Origin: an uncultured PS1 clade bacterium
GTDB lineage: Bacteria > Pseudomonadota > Alphaproteobacteria > MED-G09
Assembly (NCBI GenBank): GCA_902608415.1
Contig: CACLNZ010000005.1
Coordinates: 806 to 64,805, forward strand
Length of the DNA stretch: 64,000 nt
Direction: 5' to 3'
Shown: positions 15,755 to 25,539 of the stretch, in pieces
How positions within the stretch are numbered: the stretch's first letter is position 1
Layout: the number at the start of each line of letters is the position of its first letter
The notes under the pieces: model-generated
The model's input: the letters and a program-made list of their open reading frames with translations, nothing else
The model's database searches: none
Told to the model about the DNA's origin: nothing
Translations under genes and position numbers: made by a program

Positions 15755-18571
15755 ATGCTATATTTTAAAAAAATCAATAAAGCAATTCATACTTTTATTT
15801 TTGTTTTTCTAATTTCACTTTGCTTTGAGCTATATGCTCAAAATGAAGTTGATGTAGTAGAGGAAATTATTGTTACAGGCTCTAGAATTAAGACTACGGC
15901 AACAGATAGCTTTTCGCCTGTTTCTATAGTTGACCAAGAAGATATTCTTTTATCTGGTAAAATTTCTATTGGTGAAGTTCTATTAGAGCTTCCCGGACAA
16001 GGTTCAGGCTTAAATAGAAATTATAATAATGGTGGAGATGGTTCAGTTAGAATAGATTTTAGAAATCTTGGCTCGCAAAGAACTCTTGTTCTTGTTGATG
16101 GAAGAAGGTGGGTTAATAGTGGTCAAGGAGCAGATGGTTCCGTTGATATTAATACAATACCAACTGCAGCAGTAGAGAGGGTAGAGGTTCTTAAAGATGG
16201 TGCATCATCTATTTATGGTTCAGATGCTATTGGTGCGGTTATAAATATAGTTACTAAAGATTCATATGATGGTTTGGATGTTTCCTTTCAAAGAGGAGAA
16301 TATTTTGATGGTGGTGGAGCAGCCGATAATTTTTCAATTAGTATGGGATCAACATTTGATGGTGGATCATTTATTATGGGTGCTTCATATGTTGATGTTC
16401 ATGAATTAGGTAATTGGGAAAGAGAAGAAACAGCTGCAAGACCTAGTTTTGGTGGATCCTCAGGAACTCCACAAGGTAGATTAGCATATGGAGATGTTGT
16501 ACCAGGTTGTAGTAATTTTCAACCAAATGAGGGTACTTCAGGATCTTCCCCTAGTGACTTTAGATGCTGGACAAGCCCTGATGATCGTTTTAATTATAAT
16601 CCATATAATTATGTAGAGACCCCAAATGAGAGAAAAAACTTTTTCGCTAAAGGAACATTTGAAATAGCAGATGATACTTCAGTAACTTTATTTGGTGTTT
16701 ATCAAAATAGGGTGTCAGATCAGTTATTGGCCCCAATGCCATTATTTTATGGATTTGGTGATTTTGGTGGAAGTGAGGGCATTTCAAGAAATAACCCTTA
16801 TAACCCTTTTGGATTAGAGTTTTGTGATTTAACTGGTCTTTCGGTTGAAGGTAAAGCTTGTAATGATGCAAACTACCCTGGCGGATATGCAGTAGGTTGG
16901 TTAGGTAGAAGATTACTTGAAGCTGGGAATAGAAACTATATTCAAGATACTGAGACATATAGAATTTCTATGGGCCTTGAAACAAAAATAGCTGATTGGG
17001 ATGTATCCGCATATTTTATCTGGGCTCAGAATAAAAATGTTACAACTACTGCAGGTCTTTTAAATACAGGAAATATCAAAAAATCTCTAAGCGGTGATGC
17101 GTGTACTGGAAGTTGTGTTCCATTAAATCTCTTTGGAGGCCAAGGCTCAGACAGTCAATATATAGGAGATGGTTTATGGACAGGGTCAGGTTCTATTACC
17201 CCAGAAATGGTCGAATATATGACTTTCTTAGCACATGATACTGGCGAAAATGAAATGAAGAATTTTGGTTTTGATGTATCAGGAGAGATTGCTCAATTGC
17301 CTGCTGGACCAGTTGGTATTGCAATAGGGTATGAACATAGAAAAGAAGAAGGAAGTTTTGAACCTGATGCATTTATTGCGGCAGGATTATCATCAGGTAA
17401 TGCTGCTAGTCCAGTAAAGGGTGAGTTTGAGGTTGATGAAACATTCTTAGAATTAGCAATTCCTGTCGCTGATGGCTTTGATTTAAGTGCTTCAGTAAGG
17501 TATTCTGATTACTCATCTTTTGGTGAAACAACTAATGCTAAGTATGGTTTAACTTATTCACCAAATGATATTATTACTTTCAGAGCAACCTTTGCTGAAG
17601 GATTTAGAGCTCCTTCAATCGGAAATTTATATAGCGGTAATAATGATAGTTATCCTGATATTCAAGATCCATGTGATGTGAATGCTTCAAACTTTACTGG
17701 AAATGCTGATGGCACACAATCAGGACAATGCTTAACAGATGGAGTGCCAACAGGATTTACTCAACCTAATACTCAAATAAGAGTTACTGTTGGTGGTAAC
17801 CCAAATGTTCAGCCAGAAGAGTCTGAAGGTATTAATTTAGGTGTAATATTAGTACCTGTTGAAGGCCTTAAATTATATGCTGATTATTATGAAATAGAAA
17901 TTACAAATACTATTTCATCAATTGGTTCCCAGCTTATTATGAATGGTTGTTATAGTGAAAATAATCAAGCTTATTGTGCTCTAATTGAAAGACTTTCTAC
18001 TGGTTTCGTTAAAGACCTTAGAAATACGACTAATAATATTGGTATGGTTGAAACCTCTGGTTTTGAAATAGCAGCCACTTATGATTGGTCAGATAATCTC
18101 GGTAATTGGAGAGTATCTAGTGAAATAGCTGTTCTTGATGCATATGATGTTACTAAGGCTGATGGATCTGTAGAACATTATGCTGGTTATGTAACTGGTA
18201 ATGGAAGAAATCAATTCAAAGAAATCAAAGCAAACTTAGGCCTTGTATGGAATAGAGATGCTTTAACTGTTTCGTTATCAGGACAATACCATGGCGAAGT
18301 TGATGGCGTAGCAGGACAAGTTCCAAGAACAACAGCAGATGGCTCATATTTAGCCGGCGATGAAATTAGAACTTTAGGTGATACTTGGTATTTGGATGCG
18401 CAAGGCTCCTATATATTTGAAAGCATCAATTCTACTTTAACCGTTGGAGTAGATAATATCTTGGATGAAGACCCACCTTATTTCCCAGATTCATTTGCTA
18501 ATGACTTCGATCCTTCTTATAGAACTTGGGGATCACAATTCTGGTATGTAAGGATTGCTTCTCAGTTTTAA
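15755..18571 (+). CDS. TonB-dependent outer-membrane receptor (938 aa)
   Basis: Signal peptide ending ...ELYA|QNE; plug region EEIIVTGSRIKT...VDGRRW...VERVEVLKDGASSIYGSDAIGAVINIVTK; long Gly/Asp/Tyr-rich beta-barrel; C-terminal ...WYVRIASQF with terminal Phe. Confidence 0.9.
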   Translation: MLYFKKINKAIHTFIFVFLISLCFELYAQNEVDVVEEIIVTGSRIKTTATDSFSPVSIVDQEDILLSGKISIGEVLLELPGQGSGLNRNYNNGGDGSVRIDFRNLGSQRTLVLVDGRRWVNSGQGADGSVDINTIPTAAVERVEVLKDGASSIYGSDAIGAVINIVTKDSYDGLDVSFQRGEYFDGGGAADNFSISMGSTFDGGSFIMGASYVDVHELGNWEREETAARPSFGGSSGTPQGRLAYGDVVPGCSNFQPNEGTSGSSPSDFRCWTSPDDRFNYNPYNYVETPNERKNFFAKGTFEIADDTSVTLFGVYQNRVSDQLLAPMPLFYGFGDFGGSEGISRNNPYNPFGLEFCDLTGLSVEGKACNDANYPGGYAVGWLGRRLLEAGNRNYIQDTETYRISMGLETKIADWDVSAYFIWAQNKNVTTTAGLLNTGNIKKSLSGDACTGSCVPLNLFGGQGSDSQYIGDGLWTGSGSITPEMVEYMTFLAHDTGENEMKNFGFDVSGEIAQLPAGPVGIAIGYEHRKEEGSFEPDAFIAAGLSSGNAASPVKGEFEVDETFLELAIPVADGFDLSASVRYSDYSSFGETTNAKYGLTYSPNDIITFRATFAEGFRAPSIGNLYSGNNDSYPDIQDPCDVNASNFTGNADGTQSGQCLTDGVPTGFTQPNTQIRVTVGGNPNVQPEESEGINLGVILVPVEGLKLYADYYEIEITNTISSIGSQLIMNGCYSENNQAYCALIERLSTGFVKDLRNTTNNIGMVETSGFEIAATYDWSDNLGNWRVSSEIAVLDAYDVTKADGSVEHYAGYVTGNGRNQFKEIKANLGLVWNRDALTVSLSGQYHGEVDGVAGQVPRTTADGSYLAGDEIRTLGDTWYLDAQGSYIFESINSTLTVGVDNILDEDPPYFPDSFANDFDPSYRTWGSQFWYVRIASQF

Positions 18572-18572
18572 T

Positions 18573-20156
18573 TCATTCTCTAGGTTTTAAGAATCTTGTT
18601 GGGTGGTACGCAGTATAATTTGTCTGCCACCCAACAAGATTTTCTTTTACTAGCCATCTACTTATCCCAAATAAAATTGGCGCAAATGGCATATCATTTA
18701 AAAGAATAACTTCAGCCTCTTTTAATATTTTTGCTCTCTTTGTGATATCTAATTCAAATAAAGCTTTATCAACCATATTATCAAAAACTGGATTATTGTA
18801 GTTTCCGTAATTTAAAGGACCAGATGATTGTTGGAATAAGAATAGAAAATTTGATGCATCATTAAAATCTGCTATCCATCCTGCGTCACCTACTTGAAAA
18901 TCACCCGTCCTAAGATAACTATATAATACTTTTGGCTCAGATCCTTCGAGCTCAACCTTTATACCAGAATTCCTAAGCATAGACTGAATGGCAACCATAT
19001 GTTTTTTTTGATCTCCTCCTTGTCTATATTTAAGAGTGAATATAAGAGGTGAGTCTTTGGTATAACCACTTTCTTTGAGCAGATTTCTAGAAACTAAATA
19101 TCTCTCTTCTTGAGTTAATTTTCTTTCGTCTAACAGCTCTTCATATTTGTAGTTTTTAATTCCTTTAGGCACTAACGACCAAGCTATAGTCTCGTTAAAG
19201 CCTCTTATTTTGTTTACTATTACATCTCTATCTATTGATAAAGAAACAGCCCTTCTAACCTTTGGATTATCAAATGGCTTTTTTTGAGTATTAAAAATCA
19301 AATATGTAACAACCAAGATATTATCTAGCCTAATATTATTAGGCATATTTTTTTTAAGCCAGGTTGTTTTATTTTCAGGAAATCCACTGTTTATATCTAA
19401 TTCTCCTGCTCTAAATCGTCTTAAAGCGGCTTCATTATCTTCAGTAGGATAATATTTTACTTCATCATACCAAACATTATTATTATCATAAAATAAGTTA
19501 TTTCTTTTTAATAAAATATGATCGTGAGCTCTCCAAACAGAAAGTTTATACGGTCCATTTGTTACTATATTTTTCGGCTTAATCCACCCTTTACCATGCT
19601 TCTCAATGATATGACTTGGAATAGGGTAGGTTGTGTAATGAGTTAGTAGCTCTTCAAAATAAGGAGCAGGATAATTAAGTGTTATTTCAAGTGTATAATT
19701 ATCAATTTTTTTTACACCTAAATTTTCTGGAAGTAGCGATCCTGAATTTACTTCAAAACTATTTTTAATTAAGTACAACAATGATCCGTATTGGGAAGCT
19801 GTTAAAGGATCTAAAACTCTTCTAAAACCATTAACATAATCTTCTGCAGTTACATTTACACCATCAGACCAAAAATGGTCTTGTCTTAGAGTAAAAGTAT
19901 AAATAAGACCATCTTCACTTTTTGTATAATTTTTAACTGACCCTTTAATTGATGATCCATCTACACCTTTTGTAAATAGACCTACAAAAATATCGTTTAT
20001 AATACTTCCCTCCCAATGACCAGTTGCTAAATGAGGGTCAAGTGTATCTGGCTCTGCTCCATTTCCTCTATGAAGAGTTTTATCTGAAGCAAAAATATTT
20101 AGAGGTAATAAAAAGAAAAATGATAAAATAATAAATATATTAATCTTATTTTTCAT
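18573..20156 (-). CDS. ABC transporter periplasmic substrate-binding protein, family 5 (peptide/opine/nickel type)
   Basis: Signal peptide MKNKINIFIILSFFFLLPLNIFA, then GAEPDTLDPHLATG and the overall OppA/DppA-like architecture. I prefer the ATG at 20156 over the listed 20234, whose extension overlaps the GNAT gene. Confidence 0.85.
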   Translation of the reverse strand: MKNKINIFIILSFFFLLPLNIFASDKTLHRGNGAEPDTLDPHLATGHWEGSIINDIFVGLFTKGVDGSSIKGSVKNYTKSEDGLIYTFTLRQDHFWSDGVNVTAEDYVNGFRRVLDPLTASQYGSLLYLIKNSFEVNSGSLLPENLGVKKIDNYTLEITLNYPAPYFEELLTHYTTYPIPSHIIEKHGKGWIKPKNIVTNGPYKLSVWRAHDHILLKRNNLFYDNNNVWYDEVKYYPTEDNEAALRRFRAGELDINSGFPENKTTWLKKNMPNNIRLDNILVVTYLIFNTQKKPFDNPKVRRAVSLSIDRDVIVNKIRGFNETIAWSLVPKGIKNYKYEELLDERKLTQEERYLVSRNLLKESGYTKDSPLIFTLKYRQGGDQKKHMVAIQSMLRNSGIKVELEGSEPKVLYSYLRTGDFQVGDAGWIADFNDASNFLFLFQQSSGPLNYGNYNNPVFDNMVDKALFELDITKRAKILKEAEVILLNDMPFAPILFGISRWLVKENLVGWQTNYTAYHPTRFLKPRE

Positions 20157-20676
20157 AAACATTATCCATAATGACTTTTGCATTTCTTCTTGAATATACT
20201 TGAAAACCATTTTTTTGATAAAAAAGCAATGCATTTGGATGATCTAAAGAATTAGTTTGTAAGATTAAAGGTTGAATTTTTAATTCTTTAGCTCTTTTTA
20301 TAGAAAATTTTAATAATGATTTTCCATAACCTTTTCCAATATAGCTCTCTATTAAGCCCAGGTGTACGATTTTAATTTCTTTTGATGACCTGTAATCCAT
20401 TTCAAGAAATCCAATTATTTTATTATTTTTTTTCATCAAATAAATTTCAACAAAACTACTATGAATTATTTCCTTTAATTCAGTTTCTTTTATTTTTAGT
20501 CTTCCAATCCAGTTGTATTTATAACCAACTTCTTTGTATATTTTTTTATATTCTTTAACTGTTATTTTTATTTTTCGAACTATATGTAATTTATTATCTT
20601 CCAATAAATCGTTACTGATAATTTTTCCATTATATTTAAGCCAGGTTACAGTTGTATTTATTAAATGATCAGTCAT
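20146..20676 (-). CDS. GNAT family N-acetyltransferase
   Basis: IIGFLEM...IVHLGLIESYIGKGYGKSLLKFSIKRAKE (acetyl-CoA-binding Q/RxxGxG/A-like motif) ...ALLFYQKNGF. Confidence 0.7.
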   Translation of the reverse strand: MTDHLINTTVTWLKYNGKIISNDLLEDNKLHIVRKIKITVKEYKKIYKEVGYKYNWIGRLKIKETELKEIIHSSFVEIYLMKKNNKIIGFLEMDYRSSKEIKIVHLGLIESYIGKGYGKSLLKFSIKRAKELKIQPLILQTNSLDHPNALLFYQKNGFQVYSRRNAKVIMDNVYEK

Positions 20677-20698
20677 ATTAAATTTTAATTTTATATAA

Positions 20699-20727
20699 TA
20701 TTACTATAATTATTATTTATAGTAATA
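20699..20727. promoter_or_regulatory. Perfect 11-bp inverted repeat TATTACTATAA-N7-TTATAGTAATA in the GNAT/crcB divergent intergenic region
   Basis: Read directly. Arms are at 20699..20709 and 20717..20727. It ends 4 nt before the crcB RBS aaaggaga. The function (operator or 5'-UTR hairpin) is unknown, and the AT-rich context raises the chance expectation. Confidence 0.25.
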
Positions 20728-20745
20728 AAATTAAAGGAGAATGAT

Positions 20746-21117
20746 TTGATTGTATTAAGTATTGCAATCGGTGGGGCAATGGGCTCATTACTAAGATACT
20801 ACATAGGAACAGTAAACTTTATTTCTAACTCAAGTTTTCCGTTGTCTACGCTGATAATAAATGCAACTGGGTCTTTTTTAATTGGTATATTCTTTTTTTT
20901 ATTAAAAGATTCAAATAATGAATTTATAAAATCTTTCTTAATAATTGGTTTTTTAGGTGGTTTTACAACTTTTTCTACCTTTTCAATTGAGGCTTTAGAT
21001 TTATTTCAAAAAGATCAACATCTTATTTCTTTAGTTTATATATTTGGCTCTATTGCAACTTCTTTACTATCTGTTTATTTAGGATTTTATTTTACTAAAA
21101 TAGCCAGTTTATCATGA
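20746..21117 (+). CDS. crcB: Fluoride ion channel CrcB/FluC
   Basis: 123 aa, four TM segments, GGAMGSLLRY and GFLGGFTTFSTF motifs. TTG start with a strong RBS. Confidence 0.85.
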   Translation: MIVLSIAIGGAMGSLLRYYIGTVNFISNSSFPLSTLIINATGSFLIGIFFFLLKDSNNEFIKSFLIIGFLGGFTTFSTFSIEALDLFQKDQHLISLVYIFGSIATSLLSVYLGFYFTKIASLS

Positions 21118-22007
21118 ATTTTGATGTTTATAATATTTCGGATGAATATTCTAATGTTCGTTTAGATAAGTGGATTAAAATAACTTACTCAGCTTTTCGT
21201 CAGAATGATATTGAGATTGCTTTGAGAAAAAAAAAGATAAAAGTTAATGAAAAAAAAATAAAATCAAACCATCGAATTCAAATTGACGACCAAATTTCTA
21301 TTAGTAGTGAATATAGAAACTTAAAAAAAGAAAAAAAATATCATTTTAATCGTAATTCAAAAAAAGAAATTAATGAAATGATAATTTACCAAGATGATGA
21401 ACTTCTAATATTGAATAAACCACCTGGTATTGCTGTTCAAGGAGGTACAAAAATTAAGAAAAGTATCGATACTTTATTAAAATCTTCATTCGAATCGTTA
21501 AAAACTAGGTTGGTTCATAGACTTGATAAAGATACTTCAGGAATATTAATAATTGCCTTAAACAGACAAATTGCTGATCATATGTCTTATTTATTTCGTG
21601 AAAAAAAAATAACCAAAAATTATTGGGCATTAAATGTTGGTAAATTAAAAATAGGTAAAGGAACTATCAATAAAGAAATTAGAAAGAAAAACTCTAAAAC
21701 TTATTATGAAGCTTTAACAGAATACAATAACTATATGAAAATAAATAATAATTTGAATTTTATTATTTTTAAACCTATTACTGGCAGAAATCATCAAATT
21801 CGCATACATTCGAAAGAATTGGGCATTCCAATTTTAGGTGATAAAAGGTACGGTAATGTGGAAGATAGTGAAAAATTACACCTTCATAGTCGAAGTGTTG
21901 AGTTCTATCATCCAAACGGGAATAAGATGTTTTTTGAGGCTGAGCTTCCAAAGCATATGAGAGAGAAATGGAAAAAATATGATCTTCCCTATGAAGTGAA
22001 TATTTAA
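21114..22007 (+). CDS. 23S rRNA pseudouridine synthase, RluA family (RluC/RluD-like) with N-terminal S4 domain
   Basis: S4-like N-terminus (VRLDKWI...), catalytic HRLDKDTSGILIIA, C-terminal GRNHQIRIH. Confidence 0.8.
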   Translation: MNFDVYNISDEYSNVRLDKWIKITYSAFRQNDIEIALRKKKIKVNEKKIKSNHRIQIDDQISISSEYRNLKKEKKYHFNRNSKKEINEMIIYQDDELLILNKPPGIAVQGGTKIKKSIDTLLKSSFESLKTRLVHRLDKDTSGILIIALNRQIADHMSYLFREKKITKNYWALNVGKLKIGKGTINKEIRKKNSKTYYEALTEYNNYMKINNNLNFIIFKPITGRNHQIRIHSKELGIPILGDKRYGNVEDSEKLHLHSRSVEFYHPNGNKMFFEAELPKHMREKWKKYDLPYEVNI

Positions 22008-22025
22008 TTTTATTGAGGGAACCAT

Positions 22026-23558
22026 ATGGAAGATATTATAAAAGAGCTTGAAAAAAGAAGAGAGCAAGCAAAGCTTGGCGGTGGAAAAGACCGAATAAAT
22101 GCACAACATTCAAAAGGAAAACTTACTGCAAGAGAGAGAATTGATCTTCTCTTAGATGAAGGATCATTCGAAGAGTATGATATGTTTGTTGAGCATAGCA
22201 GTACAGATTTTGGTATGGAAAAAAATAAAATACCTGGCGATGGAGTAGTTATTGGGTCCGGGCAAATTAACGGAAGATTAGTATTTTTATATGTAAAGGA
22301 TTTTACAGTTTTTGGCGGTTCTTTATCCTTGGCCCATTCAAAAAAAATTAACAAAATACAAGATATGGCTTTGAAAAATAATGCGCCATTAATTGGTGTT
22401 CTTGATGCAGGAGGAGCAAGAATTCAAGAAGGTATAGATTCCTTAGGCGGGTATTCTGAAGTTTTTCAAAGAAATGTTCTTGCTTCTGGTGTAATTCCAC
22501 AAATTTCATTAATTATGGGACCTTGTGCAGGAGGTGATGTTTATTCTCCAGCATTAACTGACTTTATTTTTATGGTCAGAGATACATCCTATATGTTTGT
22601 AACTGGTCCAGATGTAGTTAAAACAGTAACTAATGAAGAGGTTACAGCTGATGAATTAGGTGGTGCGGATGTTCATACAACAAAATCGTCAGTTGCTGAT
22701 GGTGCTTATAATAACGATATTGATATGCTTTCAGATATTAGAAGATTTATTGATTTTCTTCCTTCAAGCAATATTCAGTCTGCATTAGTAAAAGAAACTT
22801 CTGATAAAGTTTCTAGATCAGAAGTCAGTTTAGACCATCTTATACCTGAAAATTCAAATACTCCATATGATATAAAGGAGTTCATAATCAAAGCAATTGA
22901 TGAAGGTGATTTTTTTGAGATACAATCTAATTTTGCTAAAAATATTGTTGTTGGGTTTGGAAGAATTGATGGGTATACGGTAGGTTTTGTTGGTAATCAG
23001 CCTATGAATTTAGCGGGTGTATTAGACTCTGACGCAAGCAGAAAAGCTGCAAGATTTGTTCGATTTTGTGACTCTTTTTCCATTCCGATTGTAACATTTG
23101 TAGATGTTCCAGGGTTTCTTCCCGGAACTGATCAAGAATATGGTGGTTTAATCAAGAATGGCGCCAAACTTTTATATGCTTATGCCGAAGCAACGGTTCC
23201 AAAAGTAACAATCATAACAAGAAAAGCATATGGTGGGGCTTATTGTGTTATGGCTCCAAAGCATTTGAGGGGTGACATTAATTATGCTCTTCCTAGTGCT
23301 GAAATTGCTGTTATGGGTGCAAAAGGAGCTGTTGAAATACTATATAGAAAAGATATTGGTGATAAAGATAAAATTAAAAAACATACAAGTGAATATGAAG
23401 AGAGATTTCTTAATCCTTTTGTTGCGGCAGAAAGAGGTTATATTGATGATGTTATTATGCCTAGAAATATTAGGCCAAGAATTGCAAAAGCTTTAAAACT
23501 TTTAAGAAATAAAAAATTATCAAATCCTTGGAAAAAACACGATAATTTACCTTTATGA
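22026..23558 (+). CDS. pccB: Propionyl-CoA carboxylase beta subunit (carboxyltransferase)
   Basis: 510 aa. It has the [28 protein letters not shown] and AYGGAY motifs of acyl-CoA carboxyltransferases, and sits adjacent to pccA. Confidence 0.9.
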   Translation: MEDIIKELEKRREQAKLGGGKDRINAQHSKGKLTARERIDLLLDEGSFEEYDMFVEHSSTDFGMEKNKIPGDGVVIGSGQINGRLVFLYVKDFTVFGGSLSLAHSKKINKIQDMALKNNAPLIGVLDAGGARIQEGIDSLGGYSEVFQRNVLASGVIPQISLIMGPCAGGDVYSPALTDFIFMVRDTSYMFVTGPDVVKTVTNEEVTADELGGADVHTTKSSVADGAYNNDIDMLSDIRRFIDFLPSSNIQSALVKETSDKVSRSEVSLDHLIPENSNTPYDIKEFIIKAIDEGDFFEIQSNFAKNIVVGFGRIDGYTVGFVGNQPMNLAGVLDSDASRKAARFVRFCDSFSIPIVTFVDVPGFLPGTDQEYGGLIKNGAKLLYAYAEATVPKVTIITRKAYGGAYCVMAPKHLRGDINYALPSAEIAVMGAKGAVEILYRKDIGDKDKIKKHTSEYEERFLNPFVAAERGYIDDVIMPRNIRPRIAKALKLLRNKKLSNPWKKHDNLPL

Positions 23559-23565
23559 GAAGATT

Positions 23566-25539
23566 ATGTTTAGAAAGATTTTAATTGCTAATAGAGGCGA
23601 AATTGCATGCAGAGTAATAGATACATGCAATAAACTAGGTATAGATACTGTAGCTGTTTATAGTGATGTTGATAGTAGAGCTTTACATGTAATGAAAGCT
23701 AAAGAGTCTGTTAATATTGGTTCATCTCCATCATCTGAATCTTACTTGGTTATTGAAAAAATAATAAACGCCTGTAAAAAAACTGGCGCAGATGCAGTTC
23801 ACCCTGGATATGGATTTCTTTCAGAAAAAGCTTCTTTTGTTAATCAGCTCGAAAGGGAAGGAATTACATTTATAGGCCCTCCATCAGAACCAATACGAGT
23901 AATGGGTGATAAAATTGAGTCAAAGATTTTTGCTGAAAAATCAAATATAAATATAATTCCGGGTCATCAAGAAATCATTAAAGATTCTGAAGAAGCTCTT
24001 GAAATTTCAAAAAAAATCGGTTTCCCAGTTATGATAAAAGCTTCGGCAGGTGGCGGTGGAAAAGGTATGAGAATTGCTAGAGCTGAAGAAGATGTTGAAG
24101 ATGCATTTAATTCATCTGTTAATGAAGCAAAATCAAGTTTTGGAGATGATAGAATATTTATAGAAAAATTCATTGAAAAACCTAGGCATATAGAGATTCA
24201 AATATTAGCTGATAATCATGGAAATGTTATTCATCTAGGTGAAAGAGAATGCTCAATTCAAAGGAGAAATCAAAAAATTATAGAAGAGTCACCTAGCCCA
24301 TTTGTTGATGAAAAGCTTAGAAATGAAATGGGAGAACAAGCAAAAAGATTAGCATCAACAATTAATTACGCAAGCGCAGGAACAGTTGAGTTTATAGTAG
24401 ATCAAGATAAAAATTTTTACTTTTTAGAGATGAATACAAGGTTACAGGTTGAGCATCCAGTTACAGAATTAGTTACTGGAATTGATTTAGTAGAAGAAAT
24501 GATAAAAATAGCTTCTGGAGAAGAATTAAAATTAAAACAAGATGATATTAAATTTGATGGATGGGCAATAGAGTCTAGAATTTATGCAGAAGATCCCGAA
24601 AGAAACTTTATGCCTTCAACAGGTAGATTAAATTCATACATTACACCTATTAATATGGACGGTGTAAGGAATGATACTGGAGTTTATGAAGGAGGTGAAA
24701 TATCAATTTATTATGACCCAATGATTTCCAAGCTTTGTTCTTACGGAAAAGATAGAAATGAGGCTCTTTCAAAGATGGAAATTGCATTAAATCATCATTA
24801 TATTAATGGAATAAGAAATAATATAAATTTCTTAACGGCAATCATCAGGAATAAGAACTTTATTAGCGGCGATATCAATACAGGATTTATTGATGTTGAG
24901 TATCCTGAAGGTTATAGACCTTTTGTAAATAATGATAAATTTGCTCTATTATTCGCCATTTCTGGAACTTATCTACATACCATAGATCAATTCAGATCGA
25001 GAAATCAAAATAGAAATAATTCATTTTTTGAAAAGTCTTTAGTTGCTGTTATTGAGGACTCTGTTTTTGAATTCAAGACATATGATAGACAAGATAATCT
25101 TATTATAGAGTATAACGATGAAGTAATTACAATTGATTCTTCTTATGAGCCAGGAAAACCATTAGCGTCTATTTCCATTAATGGCGAAGAATATAATTTT
25201 AAAGTTGAAAAAATTATAAATGGTTACAATATCAGTAGTTATGGTTTTTCTTCAGATATCAAAATTTTATCTAAAAGAGCTTATGAGTTATCAAAACACA
25301 TGATAGCAAAGGATGTTCGTTCAAATGAAAAAATTGTTAAATGTCCTATGCCTGGATTAGTAGTCTCAATTGATGTTAATAAGGGTCAAGAAATAGATAT
25401 AGGTGATAAACTTTGTACGATCGAAGCAATGAAAATGGAAAATGTGATTAGATCTGAAGTATCTGGAACAATTAAAAAAATTTATTGTAAAGGAGGCGAT
25501 AGTTTAGCTTCTGATGAAGTTATTCTAGAGTTTTCCTAA
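23566..25539 (+). CDS. pccA: Propionyl-CoA carboxylase alpha subunit (biotin carboxylase plus biotinyl carrier domain)
   Basis: KILIANRGEIACRVI, ATP-grasp GGGGKGMRIA, EMNTRLQVEHPVTE, C-terminal biotin attachment EAMKMEN. Confidence 0.9.
   Translation: MFRKILIANRGEIACRVIDTCNKLGIDTVAVYSDVDSRALHVMKAKESVNIGSSPSSESYLVIEKIINACKKTGADAVHPGYGFLSEKASFVNQLEREGITFIGPPSEPIRVMGDKIESKIFAEKSNINIIPGHQEIIKDSEEALEISKKIGFPVMIKASAGGGGKGMRIARAEEDVEDAFNSSVNEAKSSFGDDRIFIEKFIEKPRHIEIQILADNHGNVIHLGERECSIQRRNQKIIEESPSPFVDEKLRNEMGEQAKRLASTINYASAGTVEFIVDQDKNFYFLEMNTRLQVEHPVTELVTGIDLVEEMIKIASGEELKLKQDDIKFDGWAIESRIYAEDPERNFMPSTGRLNSYITPINMDGVRNDTGVYEGGEISIYYDPMISKLCSYGKDRNEALSKMEIALNHHYINGIRNNINFLTAIIRNKNFISGDINTGFIDVEYPEGYRPFVNNDKFALLFAISGTYLHTIDQFRSRNQNRNNSFFEKSLVAVIEDSVFEFKTYDRQDNLIIEYNDEVITIDSSYEPGKPLASISINGEEYNFKVEKIINGYNISSYGFSSDIKILSKRAYELSKHMIAKDVRSNEKIVKCPMPGLVVSIDVNKGQEIDIGDKLCTIEAMKMENVIRSEVSGTIKKIYCKGGDSLASDEVILEFS

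Noticed and set aside
15741-15812. An upstream ORF (MMGVICYILKKSIKQFILLFLFF) overlapping the TonB-receptor start in another frame.
   Set aside because: Its ATGATG lies within what is more simply the receptor's G-rich RBS region. There is no independent RBS and no conservation evidence.
23272-23496. A 74-aa same-strand, out-of-frame ORF inside pccB. Other short internal ORFs in the track include 3496..3696, 4086..4319, 8603..8806 and 27900..28118.
   Set aside because: They are fully nested in strongly supported genes and have no motifs or translation signals.
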